Assembly: GCF_041146345.1 (NCBI RefSeq)
Contig: NW_027191415.1
Coordinates: forward strand, 496,001-560,000
Length of the DNA: 64,000 bases
Origin: Neodothiora populina
Taxonomy: Eukaryota
Direction of reading: 5' to 3'
Shown here: one piece after another, positions 1 to 10,479 of the stretch
Position numbering within the stretch: the first letter of the stretch is position 1
Layout of the letters: the number at the start of each line of letters is the position of its first letter
Made by a program: the position numbers and the translations under genes
Notes under the pieces: generated by a model
The model's database searches: none
Told to the model about the DNA's origin: nothing
Seen by the model: only the letters and a program-made list of their open reading frames with translations

Positions 1-2346
1 GTTGTTGGCTTCGCCCACTCTTGCCGCACGAATCAGAATCTGGCCAAGCTGCACCTCGGTTTGAAGGACGCCTCTGAGAGATCTGGCGTGGTCCAGTATG
101 TGCCACACGTCAGGTTTGTGAGTCGTCTTATCAGTTTTTGGCCGCAGTCTGCTATCGGATCTAGCCTCCGTTTGCACTCGCATATACGTTCTTGCGGCGC
201 TCTGTAATGCCGCAGGAGGAGGTGGAGGAGGGGGTTCAGGTAGTGGTAGCCCGGAAGTGTCCACGCTGCGCATCGGGTCGTTCTTGGACTTGGCTTTTGA
301 CTTGGCTTTCCCGCCTTTTCCCCTTTGCTGACCCATAGTTCGTTTGTACTGCCTCGAATCAGCCTCCTCTACTGATTGTAGTCGCTCAAGTATATCCTTG
401 CTTACAGATGTGCTGTCACTAGAAGCGCTGAAATCGATAAGTGATTGCACTTCTCCTGTGGAAGCATTCGCGAGATCACTTTTGCTAGACTGTGCTTTAT
501 CTGATGTTTCCACTATTGGTGTAGGTGTAATCGTAATGGATGGGCAAGGATCTTCCGAGGTAGTCAGTTCGTCAACAATAGAAGGACATGAAGCAGGGTC
601 TTCGAAACTGATCAAAGCGTCGTTCTCGAAGATAGGGACATGGCGAGCATGATTTTCAACGCAAGGAAGTGGCGGTTTCGGTATGGTCGCAGTATCGCGT
701 AAAATTGCACAGTTCTCTAGGTCGTCATCGAAATCGATGAGAGGCGCGTCTATAGAATGACCAGAACCTGGCAGAGGACCGCAGTGTGTCACTGGTGTAG
801 TTGGGGTAGTCGTTGGTGACTGAGTGCTGCAACCGCCTTTCATAGTTCTAATAGCTGGCGGTTCTTGTACAGGCATGATGATCTTGTCATCACTTCCGCG
901 TACATTCTTGTCTTCGGGTGTGCTTCGCTCAAGGAACCTTGCCACCCACGGGACTTCGTGCTTGGCCTTCGAATGGGGCAGTGAGTCGGGCTCTAGATCT
1001 GTGAGTGGTTTTGCTCTTGGTATGTCAATCATATCCGACTCTGTTAGTACATCCGGCACCACAGTACGTTCCCATTCCTCGACGTTGAATTTGGTATGAC
1101 TGTAGATTAGAGGAGCCTCGATTTGTGGAACTTCAGCCGAGTGAGCCTTAACAGAACCCTGTGCAATTGGCGGATCGGCACGTTCGACGCCTTCAGCCCA
1201 GTGCTGGATCTCGACTTTTATCTCTTGTAGAGGCTTTCCAACCGCAACTTGATCGGCTGGCGTAAGTACTGCACTTGGTGAAACTTCCGCGACCATGGTG
1301 TTGGGGTTGACCGAGTCTTGTTTGATCGATAACGGCATTGGTCCACCAGTGAATCTCTGAGGTGTGGTTTCATGCTCGCGGCCAGGCTCTGCGATGCGCG
1401 TAGCGCTTGCAGACACTTCTGGGACAGGTGCGGAACGGCCTTCGGTGATGGCAGTCACTGCTTTCCTTGATGGGAAATTGAGATCGGACCACGTCTGAAG
1501 CAAATCCGGGTTGGAGGTGTTGACAGTAGACTTTCTGCTGGGGTACAACAGCTTGCAGTCTTGGCCCATAGCAGCACTATGCTGCTGGACCGCACGAGCA
1601 GATCGCAGCCATGGGAGGCGGCCTGTAAGATCAGTCGACGAACGGGGCGCAAGTGTTCGCAAGAGGAGGTCGTCAGGCTGCTCAATCAAGGACGGGAACT
1701 TGATGTAGACGTTCGCCATCTTCTCCGCTTTCAAGGTGTGCGCAGTCACTTTCTGTCTCCTCGAATTCCGTTCAACATTCGACACTCTATCGTATGCTCG
1801 TTTTTGTAAAGCGCCCTTGATTGAAATTGACCGGGTCTCGAGATTCATGTCGAAAGAACAGCCTGTTTCGTGGCTAAGAGTGTTGAGGATTGTAGCAGGA
1901 AAGACTCTGCTGAGATCAGTGTCTCCATGGGGGACCCACAGTAGATGCGTATGGTCCTCTCCGTTGTCTGAGATTGTAGTGTCAATCAAAAGCGATGAGA
2001 CGGCTGCCTTGTCCTCATCAGCAGCGTCGAACTCATTTTCTTCGCACTGCAGGTCAAATAAAAAGTCCATTTCATCTGCTGCTTGACTTTCCACAAGACG
2101 AAATACTTTCCCTTCACCAGTGCTCTTGTTTTGTGCCAAATACTCTTCGCAGAGTTCGGAGAAGCGATGATATGGAGTTTGCCCCAAGTGTGCAGGGTAG
2201 CTGATTTCGAACATTGTCAGATCTTCGATATACCGACAAGTGATCATGGCACTATCAAAAGAGTTCCCAAATGAAGCTATCAGCTCCTCCTGGGCTTCTT
2301 TGTGGAAGCCATACACAGTAGCATGCAGCCAATTGGAGATGGCCAT
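1..2346 (-). CDS. Hypothetical protein, 3'-truncated by the window edge (at least 782 aa); likely folded N-terminal region and a long Pro/Ser/Thr-rich disordered middle
   Basis: Manual translation of the minus strand is stop-free from 2448 to base 1. First ATG at 2346 (MAISNWLHATVYGF...RSLRGVLQTEVQLGQILIR...). Absent from the ORF track because it has no stop inside the window. Confidence 0.8.
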   Translation of the reverse strand, partial: MAISNWLHATVYGFHKEAQEELIASFGNSFDSAMITCRYIEDLTMFEISYPAHLGQTPYHRFSELCEEYLAQNKSTGEGKVFRLVESQAADEMDFLFDLQCEENEFDAADEDKAAVSSLLIDTTISDNGEDHTHLLWVPHGDTDLSRVFPATILNTLSHETGCSFDMNLETRSISIKGALQKRAYDRVSNVERNSRRQKVTAHTLKAEKMANVYIKFPSLIEQPDDLLLRTLAPRSSTDLTGRLPWLRSARAVQQHSAAMGQDCKLLYPSRKSTVNTSNPDLLQTWSDLNFPSRKAVTAITEGRSAPVPEVSASATRIAEPGREHETTPQRFTGGPMPLSIKQDSVNPNTMVAEVSPSAVLTPADQVAVGKPLQEIKVEIQHWAEGVERADPPIAQGSVKAHSAEVPQIEAPLIYSHTKFNVEEWERTVVPDVLTESDMIDIPRAKPLTDLEPDSLPHSKAKHEVPWVARFLERSTPEDKNVRGSDDKIIMPVQEPPAIRTMKGGCSTQSPTTTPTTPVTHCGPLPGSGHSIDAPLIDFDDDLENCAILRDTATIPKPPLPCVENHARHVPIFENDALISFEDPASCPSIVDELTTSEDPCPSITITPTPIVETSDKAQSSKSDLANASTGEVQSLIDFSASSDSTSVSKDILERLQSVEEADSRQYKRTMGQQRGKGGKAKSKAKSKNDPMRSVDTSGLPLPEPPPPPPPAALQSAARTYMRVQTEARSDSRLRPKTDKTTHKPDVWHILDHARSLRGVLQTEVQLGQILIRAARVGEANN

Positions 2347-2978
2347 GCTCACGTGCAGATGAATCTTGTGAGGTACAGAGTATGAAACCTGTGGAGTGGA
2401 CAGAGGAGTCAGTGAGCGAGTCCATGTGAAAGAACGGGTGAGAGTTCGTCAAATTGTGCGCGCAATGAAAGTGAACGACAAAAAAGGAAAGTGTACCATG
2501 ACCTGCAGCTGCGCGGTAACACAAGAGATACAAACAACAGGAGCAGTACAACTTGTATGCAGAAGCGCAGGAAGGCACGATTCGAGCCATCCCTCTATGG
2601 AAAACGAAAAGAAAACGACAACATGAAAACAAGACAAGTGAAGCACACATTCGATCTGGTGTATGAACATATGACGAATGAGCATATGAGAATGGACAAG
2701 AAGCCTGAACGCCTCGCTATAGTAGCTCGCTCGGTCGGAACGCACCTGTGGTCCCTAGCAGGCCATTCCCCAACCAAATCCAATCAAGCCTTGACACCTG
2801 AAGAGCTTTTTCTTCTTCTAAGAGCACCCAAAATATCTACCCCGTAGATTCCTTAAATATAAAAAACCTCCAATGCGACACGGACTACCCGTTCATTATG
2901 ATATTATTTCCCTCCTGGTCCCACATCCTTGTAGACCGTTCAATGGACTGACCCTCATTATGCGCGCGTCCCCTTCCT

Positions 2979-4100
2979 TCAGCCAGGAGGTGAAGGTGGA
3001 GGAGAATGCATGCCATTTTCGTCTGACACCTTCTTCACGGCCATAACCCACTTCATCTGGTTCACAGTGTCCTGCATCTCAGCCAGCTTCTGCTCAAATG
3101 TATGCTCTCTCCTTCGGTCGTTTTCTCTGAAAGTATCTAGTTCGGCCAGAAGCTTTTCTACTTGTGCTGCCTTTTCTTCGCGGTCCCGCTCTGACGCGGC
3201 AACCAGGTCGTTGTGTGCTCTCCTGGTCTTCTCTAGTTCCTGAGACATTTGCTGGTTGACAACATCGATCTTGAGCATCTTCTTGCGGTCTCGAGCCCTC
3301 TCCTTCTGATCTTCTTCTCTTTTGTCGTGTAACTCCCTGAGCGATCGGTGTGAGGTGGCTATTCGTTGTTGATACTCCTCGCGAAGCTGTTTATGTGATG
3401 TCTGGTATATGGCGGCGCTTGTCGTAGCCTGCTTGGCTTCTTCGAGGTAGCGCTGTAGTCGTTCGTTGCTGTGCTGTTCCTGCTCCTCCTGCTTTCTCTC
3501 CGCATCCTGGACCCTCGACTCCAGCGATTCCCTCTTCTGCCGCTCGATGTCAAGCTCGTTCTTGAGTTCTTCGATCTTACGGTCCCTCCGCTTGATCATG
3601 TTGTCGTCCATGGTCTTTGCATTGGATAGCCTCGCGTTCTCGGCATGTAGAGATTCCAGTCTGTCCTTGTGTGTCTGGGCGGCGCGTTGTAATTCTTCTC
3701 GCTTGGCGACCTCGGATCTCAAGTCACGCTTGAGACGATCACACTCGGCCATCAAACGTTCGATTACTTTGCCTGACTTCCCTAGCGAGGAGCTGCCGAG
3801 GCCGGTGCCTCCCACCCAGGGTGAACCCTCTCCGGCATTCGAAGATGGAGAAGACGGAGGCCGCATTTCGGTTGTGGTACCCAACATGCTTGGGTCATTT
3901 TCTTGCGATTGCATTTCGTATGGCGCATGCATAGCGGAAGGCGTGGCAGGTCCGTTGGAGGAAGGAGATGAAGCAGCAGCGTCGGTGGTTGTTGTTGTTG
4001 TCGTGTGTCGGAAGGACGTGACGCCTTGGCTTCGCGGCAGTCCACGTGGAAGATTATTCTTGGATTTATCTGAAGTGTCGCCGGGCAAGAAATCCGTCAT
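2979..4100 (-). CDS. Coiled-coil protein (resembles fungal proteins annotated as She3-like / SWI5-dependent HO expression protein 3)
   Basis: 382-aa ORF (the alternative start at 4127 extends it slightly). Low-complexity N-terminus, then GKSGKVIERLMAECDRLKRDL and about 250 aa of heptad E/K/R/Q-rich coiled coil. Confidence 0.75.
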   Translation of the reverse strand: MTDFLPGDTSDKSKNNLPRGLPRSQGVTSFRHTTTTTTTDAAASSPSSNGPATPSAMHAPYEMQSQENDPSMLGTTTEMRPPSSPSSNAGEGSPWVGGTGLGSSSLGKSGKVIERLMAECDRLKRDLRSEVAKREELQRAAQTHKDRLESLHAENARLSNAKTMDDNMIKRRDRKIEELKNELDIERQKRESLESRVQDAERKQEEQEQHSNERLQRYLEEAKQATTSAAIYQTSHKQLREEYQQRIATSHRSLRELHDKREEDQKERARDRKKMLKIDVVNQQMSQELEKTRRAHNDLVAASERDREEKAAQVEKLLAELDTFRENDRRREHTFEQKLAEMQDTVNQMKWVMAVKKVSDENGMHSPPPSPPG

Positions 4101-5407
4101 GATAACTTGTGATATGTTCCATTGCAAGTCTAGAGTGGACGAGAGGAACGCATCAGCTCAAAGTCTAAAGGTGAAACAAGCGGCTTTGTTTTCTCCCCTG
4201 ATCCGTGTGTGCTGGGGGTGGCATAGGCCAGAGGCGCTACTCGACTTCTTGATGGGACGTGCTTGCTTACCATTGATTTCGGCGGCATAGCCACCGAGTG
4301 TCACGCTCTGCGCCCCCTCTATATAGCTTCTTGACTTCATCGCGAGTATCTCGTGGACAAGAACACCGATGTTTTCTGGCTCTGAAGATTAGATGCAAAT
4401 TCTCTTCAATCGCCCTCATCCATTTTCAAACAAAGACGTCGTCAGGTCAACGTGGCTTGGATCGACACTTGTGCAGCGGGGATGGTGGCTGGCGGTTCGG
4501 GTCGTTGAATTGGCGCGAGCTAAAATCTGGCTCTTGGTGGGCGGGACGACATGAGATAGATTGAGTCGCCCAAGGAATATATATTCAAATGCCCTTCACT
4601 GCCTGTGTCCCATCTTTCCTCATTGGAGATCCCACGCAAACCAACGACCTATCCATACCTTACTCATATCGAGGATGTGCAAAGGCCTCATCTTCCGAGC
4701 CTCGTACGTGCTTTTGCTGTACTTGTACATGCATTATGATTGCTTGTCCGCGCCAATTATGGGTCACGGTCCTCGAGGGTAGCGTCATCGCTTGCTTGAC
4801 AGTCAGACAGTCCTTGCACTGGGCGGGAGACGAGATGAGTCCGCGGGAAATGAATGTAGTTCCTTTATGTAACTATACTGGTTATCAGAGGGAATTACCC
4901 ATGCCATGTACACCTGCTATTGCAACCGCTGCATGCCGTAACAAGCTCTCAGGAAGACCGTGTTCTCCAGGACTCCCAATGAATTATACTGCGCCTGATA
5001 AAATGCCAACGCTATCAATACTCCCAGATGAAAAAGAAAAGAACAAAGCAGCAACAATCATTGCGCTTCTGACTTGTTCCGCAATTGCTTGGCTCCGATC
5101 TCTTGTACTTTATGCCCTGCTCGCCAAGACGCCGCGAGCAAAACATGCTCGCAAGAATTCAGTGTAATAAGCGAAGATCCCATACCGCCCGATGTCAACA
5201 TCTGCGACCAATTGTCATGTCAACCTTCAGGGAATGGACGACAACCGGTATAAAGTATCTGCTCTGGACGGAATCGAGGCAGATAGTTCTCGACCGCCAC
5301 AAGTCGAGGTGGCGATGAGTGCACGCATCGGGGGGCGTCTGGGAACCAGCATGAGCATGCATCCGTTCACTCACAACGCAGCTTCATCTCCTGGACTCAC
5401 CGGCTAG

Positions 5408-5732
5408 CTAGTTGACAGCGGTCCCGCACTTGGGACATTTCTTGCCAGGGATGACCCAGACGACATCACCCTTGGCGTTGCATGTGGGACATCTCCGTCC
5501 AGGTACCTGCCAAGATGCACAGTCAGAAGTCAGCTTCGATATAATGAAGATGAGGATTGATGCTGAGCCTGCAAAAGCGCACACTCACCGGGCAAGTGGT
5601 CATAGGAGGACCTCTGATGGGGAATTCGCAGTCATCATCTGGGAGTGATTCCTCATCGGATGCCTCGAGGGGGTTGAGCTGCACCACTCCGTATCTCTCG
5701 AAGAAAGAATATCGGTACATATCAAGAGACAT
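5408..5732 (-). CDS. 80-aa microprotein with a C-terminal CxxC-x14-CxxC zinc ribbon; 2 exons (5732-5589, 5506-5408)
   Basis: ATG at 5732; donor CCG|GTGAGT; branch CTGAC; acceptor GGCAG|; phase 0. Spliced product is MSLDMYRYSFFERYG...MTTCP|VPGRRCPTCNAKGDVVWVIPGKKCPKCGTAVN*. TATAAA lies about 170 nt upstream. Confidence 0.8.
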
Positions 5733-5898
5733 GATGGTAGATCGGTTGCTCAATGGTTCAATGGTATGATGGAATGATTGGTCAACGGTATGACTTGGTA
5801 AGGACGGAAGCTTTGAGTGTGACTTGTTGTACTATACTAAATGCTTGAGGAAGCGATTGTATGGTAAGTAATATCGACCATGGACGTGAAAGGTAGGC

Positions 5899-5904
5899 TT
5901 TATA
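5899..5904 (-). promoter_or_regulatory. TATA box of the Zn-ribbon microprotein gene
   Basis: GGGGTATAAAGCC on the minus strand, followed by a C/A-rich 5' UTR-like stretch. Confidence 0.5.
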
Positions 5905-7245
5905 CCCCTTGATGACAGACTCGTCATCCGCTCGACGATACGCTCGTGAGATCAATCTGCATTCACACGATGCACTAGCTATTTAATCGAGCCAAGTTTC
6001 CGGGTTAATGGTACTGTCACAACAAATTGCGGTGGATGCTGTGGGTCGTAGACTGCTTGCCGGAAAAGAGTGGCGTTTGCTCTATACTCACGCTACATCA
6101 TGTTTTCTCGTTGGCATGACCTGTGCAACTTTTGTCTCCTAGTTTCACCAAGTTTGACACGACATGATAACTGCTAAGACTCGAAAGGCATGAGTGAGGT
6201 GGTTATCCTGCACCTCCCACATCTCCTTCATGTCGGGAATCGCTCACCACCATTCGAGCGGCAGAGGTGTACCCATTCAGCTTCGTGCAAGGCATGTTCG
6301 GGAGGAGAGGGTGACAAGTCTGAATCAGTCTGCTTCATTCGCAATGCCGGGCTTCTCGCCTGGGAGCGATGGGTGGCTCTTGCGTCGCGGGTATGCACTT
6401 CTGCATGCCCCTCCCGCGCGCCAAACGCCAAATTTCCTGTCACTTTTCGGTTTTCCTCATATTTCCACACCCTGCAATGATATATACGCTGCTCAATCTG
6501 CCATCATGGGCCGATTGACGCAGAGTTGTCTTATATCGAGAGAGAAAACAAATCTCATTCCCGCGGATGTCCGTTCACCGATCGTGAAGTTGCGCATGCT
6601 TGACGCACTCTCGTATGATTCAAAAGAAAAGAATAATCATGGGTACACCATGATAGGGACGATTGGCGAGGTCAGGCTAAGCTTCCCGTAGCGGGGCAGT
6701 AGCGACAGCCGACCGATTCCACATTGTCCTATCTCGTCGCATAGGTAGCCTGTTCTGCGTACCTTACTGACCGCGCTTCCATCCACTGACCGGGAAAGCC
6801 ACGGTGGTGGATCGGTCTCGCTGCGAACATATTTGTCGAGAGGTGCATTATGGTTCGACCGTGCGCATTAAGCGCTCGAGGTAAGGTTCACCTTCGATGT
6901 AGTGCACAGCCTCAAGAATGAATGTCATGTTCCGATAGAGACGAGCATGCATTTTCCAATTACTATAGCAATTGTCGCGATGCTAAGGTCATAATGATTG
7001 ATGGTGTGACCTGTGTTCAATCCTGGCCGCACAGCTCACCATTCATCAGAAATTGGCAATTGAGGGTTTTGTTGCAAAAGCATAAACGTAAGCGATCTTT
7101 ACGACCAGAGCAACTCACTCTTTGTATACACCGCGATCGGGTTACGTAGCAATTTATCTAGGTGCTCTAGAAGCGCGAAGTCTCCGAAACAGATCTCAGG
7201 TAAGCTCCTGAGTATCGATGCTTGGCATGTGCCATTCTAGCAATC

Positions 7246-9649
7246 TCACGCCACGGTCACGTTCTTCTTGATTCTCACAAGCAAAGTGCCGTCAGTGAGC
7301 TCCCCCTCGGGATCGTAAAGGTGGAGCAGTCGGATTCCCTGCTGCAATCTGTCGAGTCGAAAGCACGCCCATCCAAACATGTCGTCCCGACTTAGTGTCT
7401 CATCATCCTTGACTTTGAATCTATTCATGGCGTCAGCAGCGTTCCCCATATTGATCGATCAAAAGCGATAAGTCTAAGCACAGACACGACCTGCGTGGCG
7501 CGGGGGGTGAGTAAATTGGCGCAAGGTGACATGTGTTCGAACCAGGCACCTGGGCTACCACAGCTTTTTCAGAACCTTACTAGCTCCAGAGCCCCAGTTA
7601 CCATGGTAATGGTTCATGTTAGAAGCAGGGCTTGGGCTACAGCTGGTCCCGGCATACCGCTAATTGATCACAGCTTGGAGCCTCTACGTTCAAAGTCGTT
7701 CATACAGCAAACCTTCGCCAGCGTATCGAACATGCTCAAATTCTCGAGCAGCGGTGAGGGCTAGTAAGGTAGTGGAATGCTTGTGCGTGCGGCTAGCATA
7801 TGACATATGTGTAAGGAAAAGGAAAACGTACCGTACGAATGTCAGCTCCTCATCGATGTCTGGCACACCTTTGAAGCGCAAAGTCTGGCGCCAGAAATCG
7901 GGGTTGTTGTATCCACGAGCGGCTTCTGTACGAGCCTTGATCTGACCTTCTTTGCTCTGTACACCTTCTGGTAGTTCGCTCCCTTGGCTTTCGTCGGGTT
8001 CCTCAGTGTGCAACTCGCAGCTTACATACAGCTTGAGGAACTTGTTCGCTGGACCAATTTTCTGGCCAGCGAGAAACTCAATCGACAGGTCCAATATTCC
8101 ACGCTTGATGGCAGATCTTTGCGAGGTGGCGTGATGTTCACTACGATACCCTTCGGGCTTTAGCACCCAACCGCCTGTCCCGTGGAACATAGCATGATTG
8201 AGCATCAATGCCGCGTTCAAGTATTGCCAGTTGAGTGCGACCATTTGCACACCTTGTCTCCAGAACGGAGCAGGATCTAGATTCGTCGAAGTGACTCTCA
8301 TTCCTTTCGGATAGGCTCGCATGAGATATTTCTGCGCTGCGCTGTTAGTGAGTGTAAGTCTTAGATGTGTTCAGAACTGACACACTTGATTATGACGAAA
8401 CAAAGCCGAAGCATCTTGTTTGTGAGTACTGAGGAGCTTCTTCTCGGACAACGAGAATACATGGGTAGGGTATCTCGCTTCCGGCTGATCAAAGCTTTGG
8501 AAGTGGTAACTTCGAGTGTAGATGCCCATGTTGCCGAGTTCGGGGATGATGTGGCCTTGTTGCACCGCCTCATCCTGTGCTTCCTCATCCGACGAGTCGC
8601 CTTCCACTGCCGCGTTCACAGCCAGACTTTTCTTTTCCTGTCCCTTCTTCGGAGCAGAATACTTCACTTTGACAAGTATTCTCTTGCGCAAGCTCTCCAG
8701 AAGAGGTAAAGGCGTATTCTCCGTTACTTCGACGTCTAGGTCTCCCAGATATGGACCCCAATATTCCCTCATGATCTCGACCATAATCTTTTGTTGCGGT
8801 GGGGATGCATGTACCTCTAAGGAGACAATAACAGGTAGATCACTGAATTCATGTCAATACTTGCTGCATGGTAGACTCCGAATTAGAGACTCGCCTTTTC
8901 TCGAAGGCCTGTTGGGCGATGGTCTGACAAACAGTCCTAAAAGCAACTTCTTTCGTTGCCGTGTAACCGTGCAACACGCGAGGCTCGCGATGCAATGCTG
9001 GTGCTGGTGCCTGCACAACACCTTGCTTCTGCTGCCTGGTAGTCACAACCTTCTCTGACCGTTCAGACGTGCCTTCCGCTTTGGCTTTGGACTTCAACAA
9101 AGAAACCTCCCGTTTTACCTTCCTACTTAGCCTTCCCAAGCGGGAATGTTGTTCCCCATCACCAATCTCTGATTCGGAATCGCTCGAAGAGGTGTCTGAG
9201 TCGGAATCGTCTTTCGGGTCCCAGACATCGATCTCGACTGATCGACAGCCTCTATGCAAAACCTGCTCTAATCAGCTTCCTTTCGAGAGACAACGTATAA
9301 CTCGGTGGCCGACGTTTCGATAAGCTTCTGCGCTCGATTTCCCATAGAGCTGATTTCCCCAAAGATATGTGTTGTGGCTGCTAGAGATGAAATAGTCCGA
9401 CAGCGGATAACTTGTGTCGGTTGCCACTGGTGCCATGGCATCTGATTGGGGTGACGAAAGATACTTTAACAAGTCGTCGAAAGTCTCAATAGACGCATCA
9501 AGGCCCACATGATTGTTATCTGGCTTTAGTGCTACTTGACCGCTTTGAGTCGCACCGCCGTCGACCGTGGCTGGTGTAGTCTCTTCGTGAAGTTTTCTGG
9601 CATATTTCAATATCTCCGGACAGAAAAGTGGACTTTGGTTGCTTGCCAT
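7246..9649 (-). CDS. Phosphoinositide-specific phospholipase C (X, Y and C2 domains); 5 exons: 9649-9314, 9262-8895, 8842-8396, 8331-7832, 7420-7246
   Basis: X-box YFISSSHNTYL, GCRSVEIDVWD, VLHGYT and LPVIVSLEVH; Y-box LMRAYPKGMRVTSTNLDP..GVQMVALNWQ; C2 FVRFKVKDD..FGWACFRLDRLQQGIRLLHLYD. All four splice junctions restore the frame. Confidence 0.93.
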
Positions 9650-10143
9650 CTTTCAGATAATGCTGATGTGGTCTGCGAAGTCGGTTGGTGTATGCAGCTT
9701 GAGCTGCTAAAGAGTGAGTGTTGAGCTGACCTCGGACCAAGCACCAGCCTTGACCCCTCTGTGAACTGCCACACCAAAGAAGTCTAGATATTAATAGTGT
9801 TTATGAAATGCTATTTCATTCATAAAATCCCAGATTGTAGACTGATACCTGAGTTTCACGAACAGTATATTACAAGTAGCCACTTGGCAAGCTCGGACCA
9901 GGAGTTGCCAGGTGTAACGCAGGTGTTGTGGTGGCAGTCGAGGCCGTAAAGCAACAGATGAGGAGGTACGGTACTTTACCCCACATGAGCTTTTGGTAAG
10001 GTATGCTGGCGCTGCCACAGCAGTTGTGCGATGTATGACGTAGCATACCTCGCTGCACGCCTCCTCCACCACAGCAGCCATAAATTGCACCCTGTGGCGG
10101 TCGCTGAATCGTCCACGGTATAACAACCTGCCTAATCGCCACA

Positions 10144-10479
10144 ATGTCCACCAAGTCTCGGCGTGAGGCAGAGAACGAAGTAGGATCATGGGGGTTCGAG
10201 CACGTATTCACCTGGAGAGATGGACCGTAAGCACCATGCGACATTGTTGTGACCTACAGGATCGCTGAGCTTTTCAGGAATGCATATTATCCACCTCATA
10301 AGCATTCCGGACTGACGACGCACCTTATACTACAAGGCCAATTGACAGTGTCCTATCCGGATGACCCAAGCCCGGTCAAAGAGACCTTTGTTGAGAATGG
10401 CAGGCTAGATGTAGATGCAAATCGTCGGCATGAAGTGTGGATGGGTCCCACAGGATGTACCTACGTGATTGGGGAATAA
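10144..10479 (+). CDS. Small cupin-fold (RmlC-like) protein of about 94 aa; intron 10227-10277
   Basis: MSTKSRREAENEVGSWGFEHVFTWRDGP|NAYYPPHKHSGLTTHLILQGQLTV...DVDANRRHEVWMGPTGCTYVIGE. Cupin HxH...H metal motif. Intron has a GTAAGC donor and a CTGAG..TTTTCAG acceptor. Confidence 0.85.

Noticed and set aside
3466..4290. 274-aa plus-strand ORF
   Set aside because: Antisense shadow of the coiled-coil gene; its Ser/Leu/Cys-rich composition is what the complementary codons would give.
4589..5167. 192-aa ORF and neighbours
   Set aside because: No recognisable motif or codon bias; lies in the promoter/3' UTR space between two minus-strand genes.
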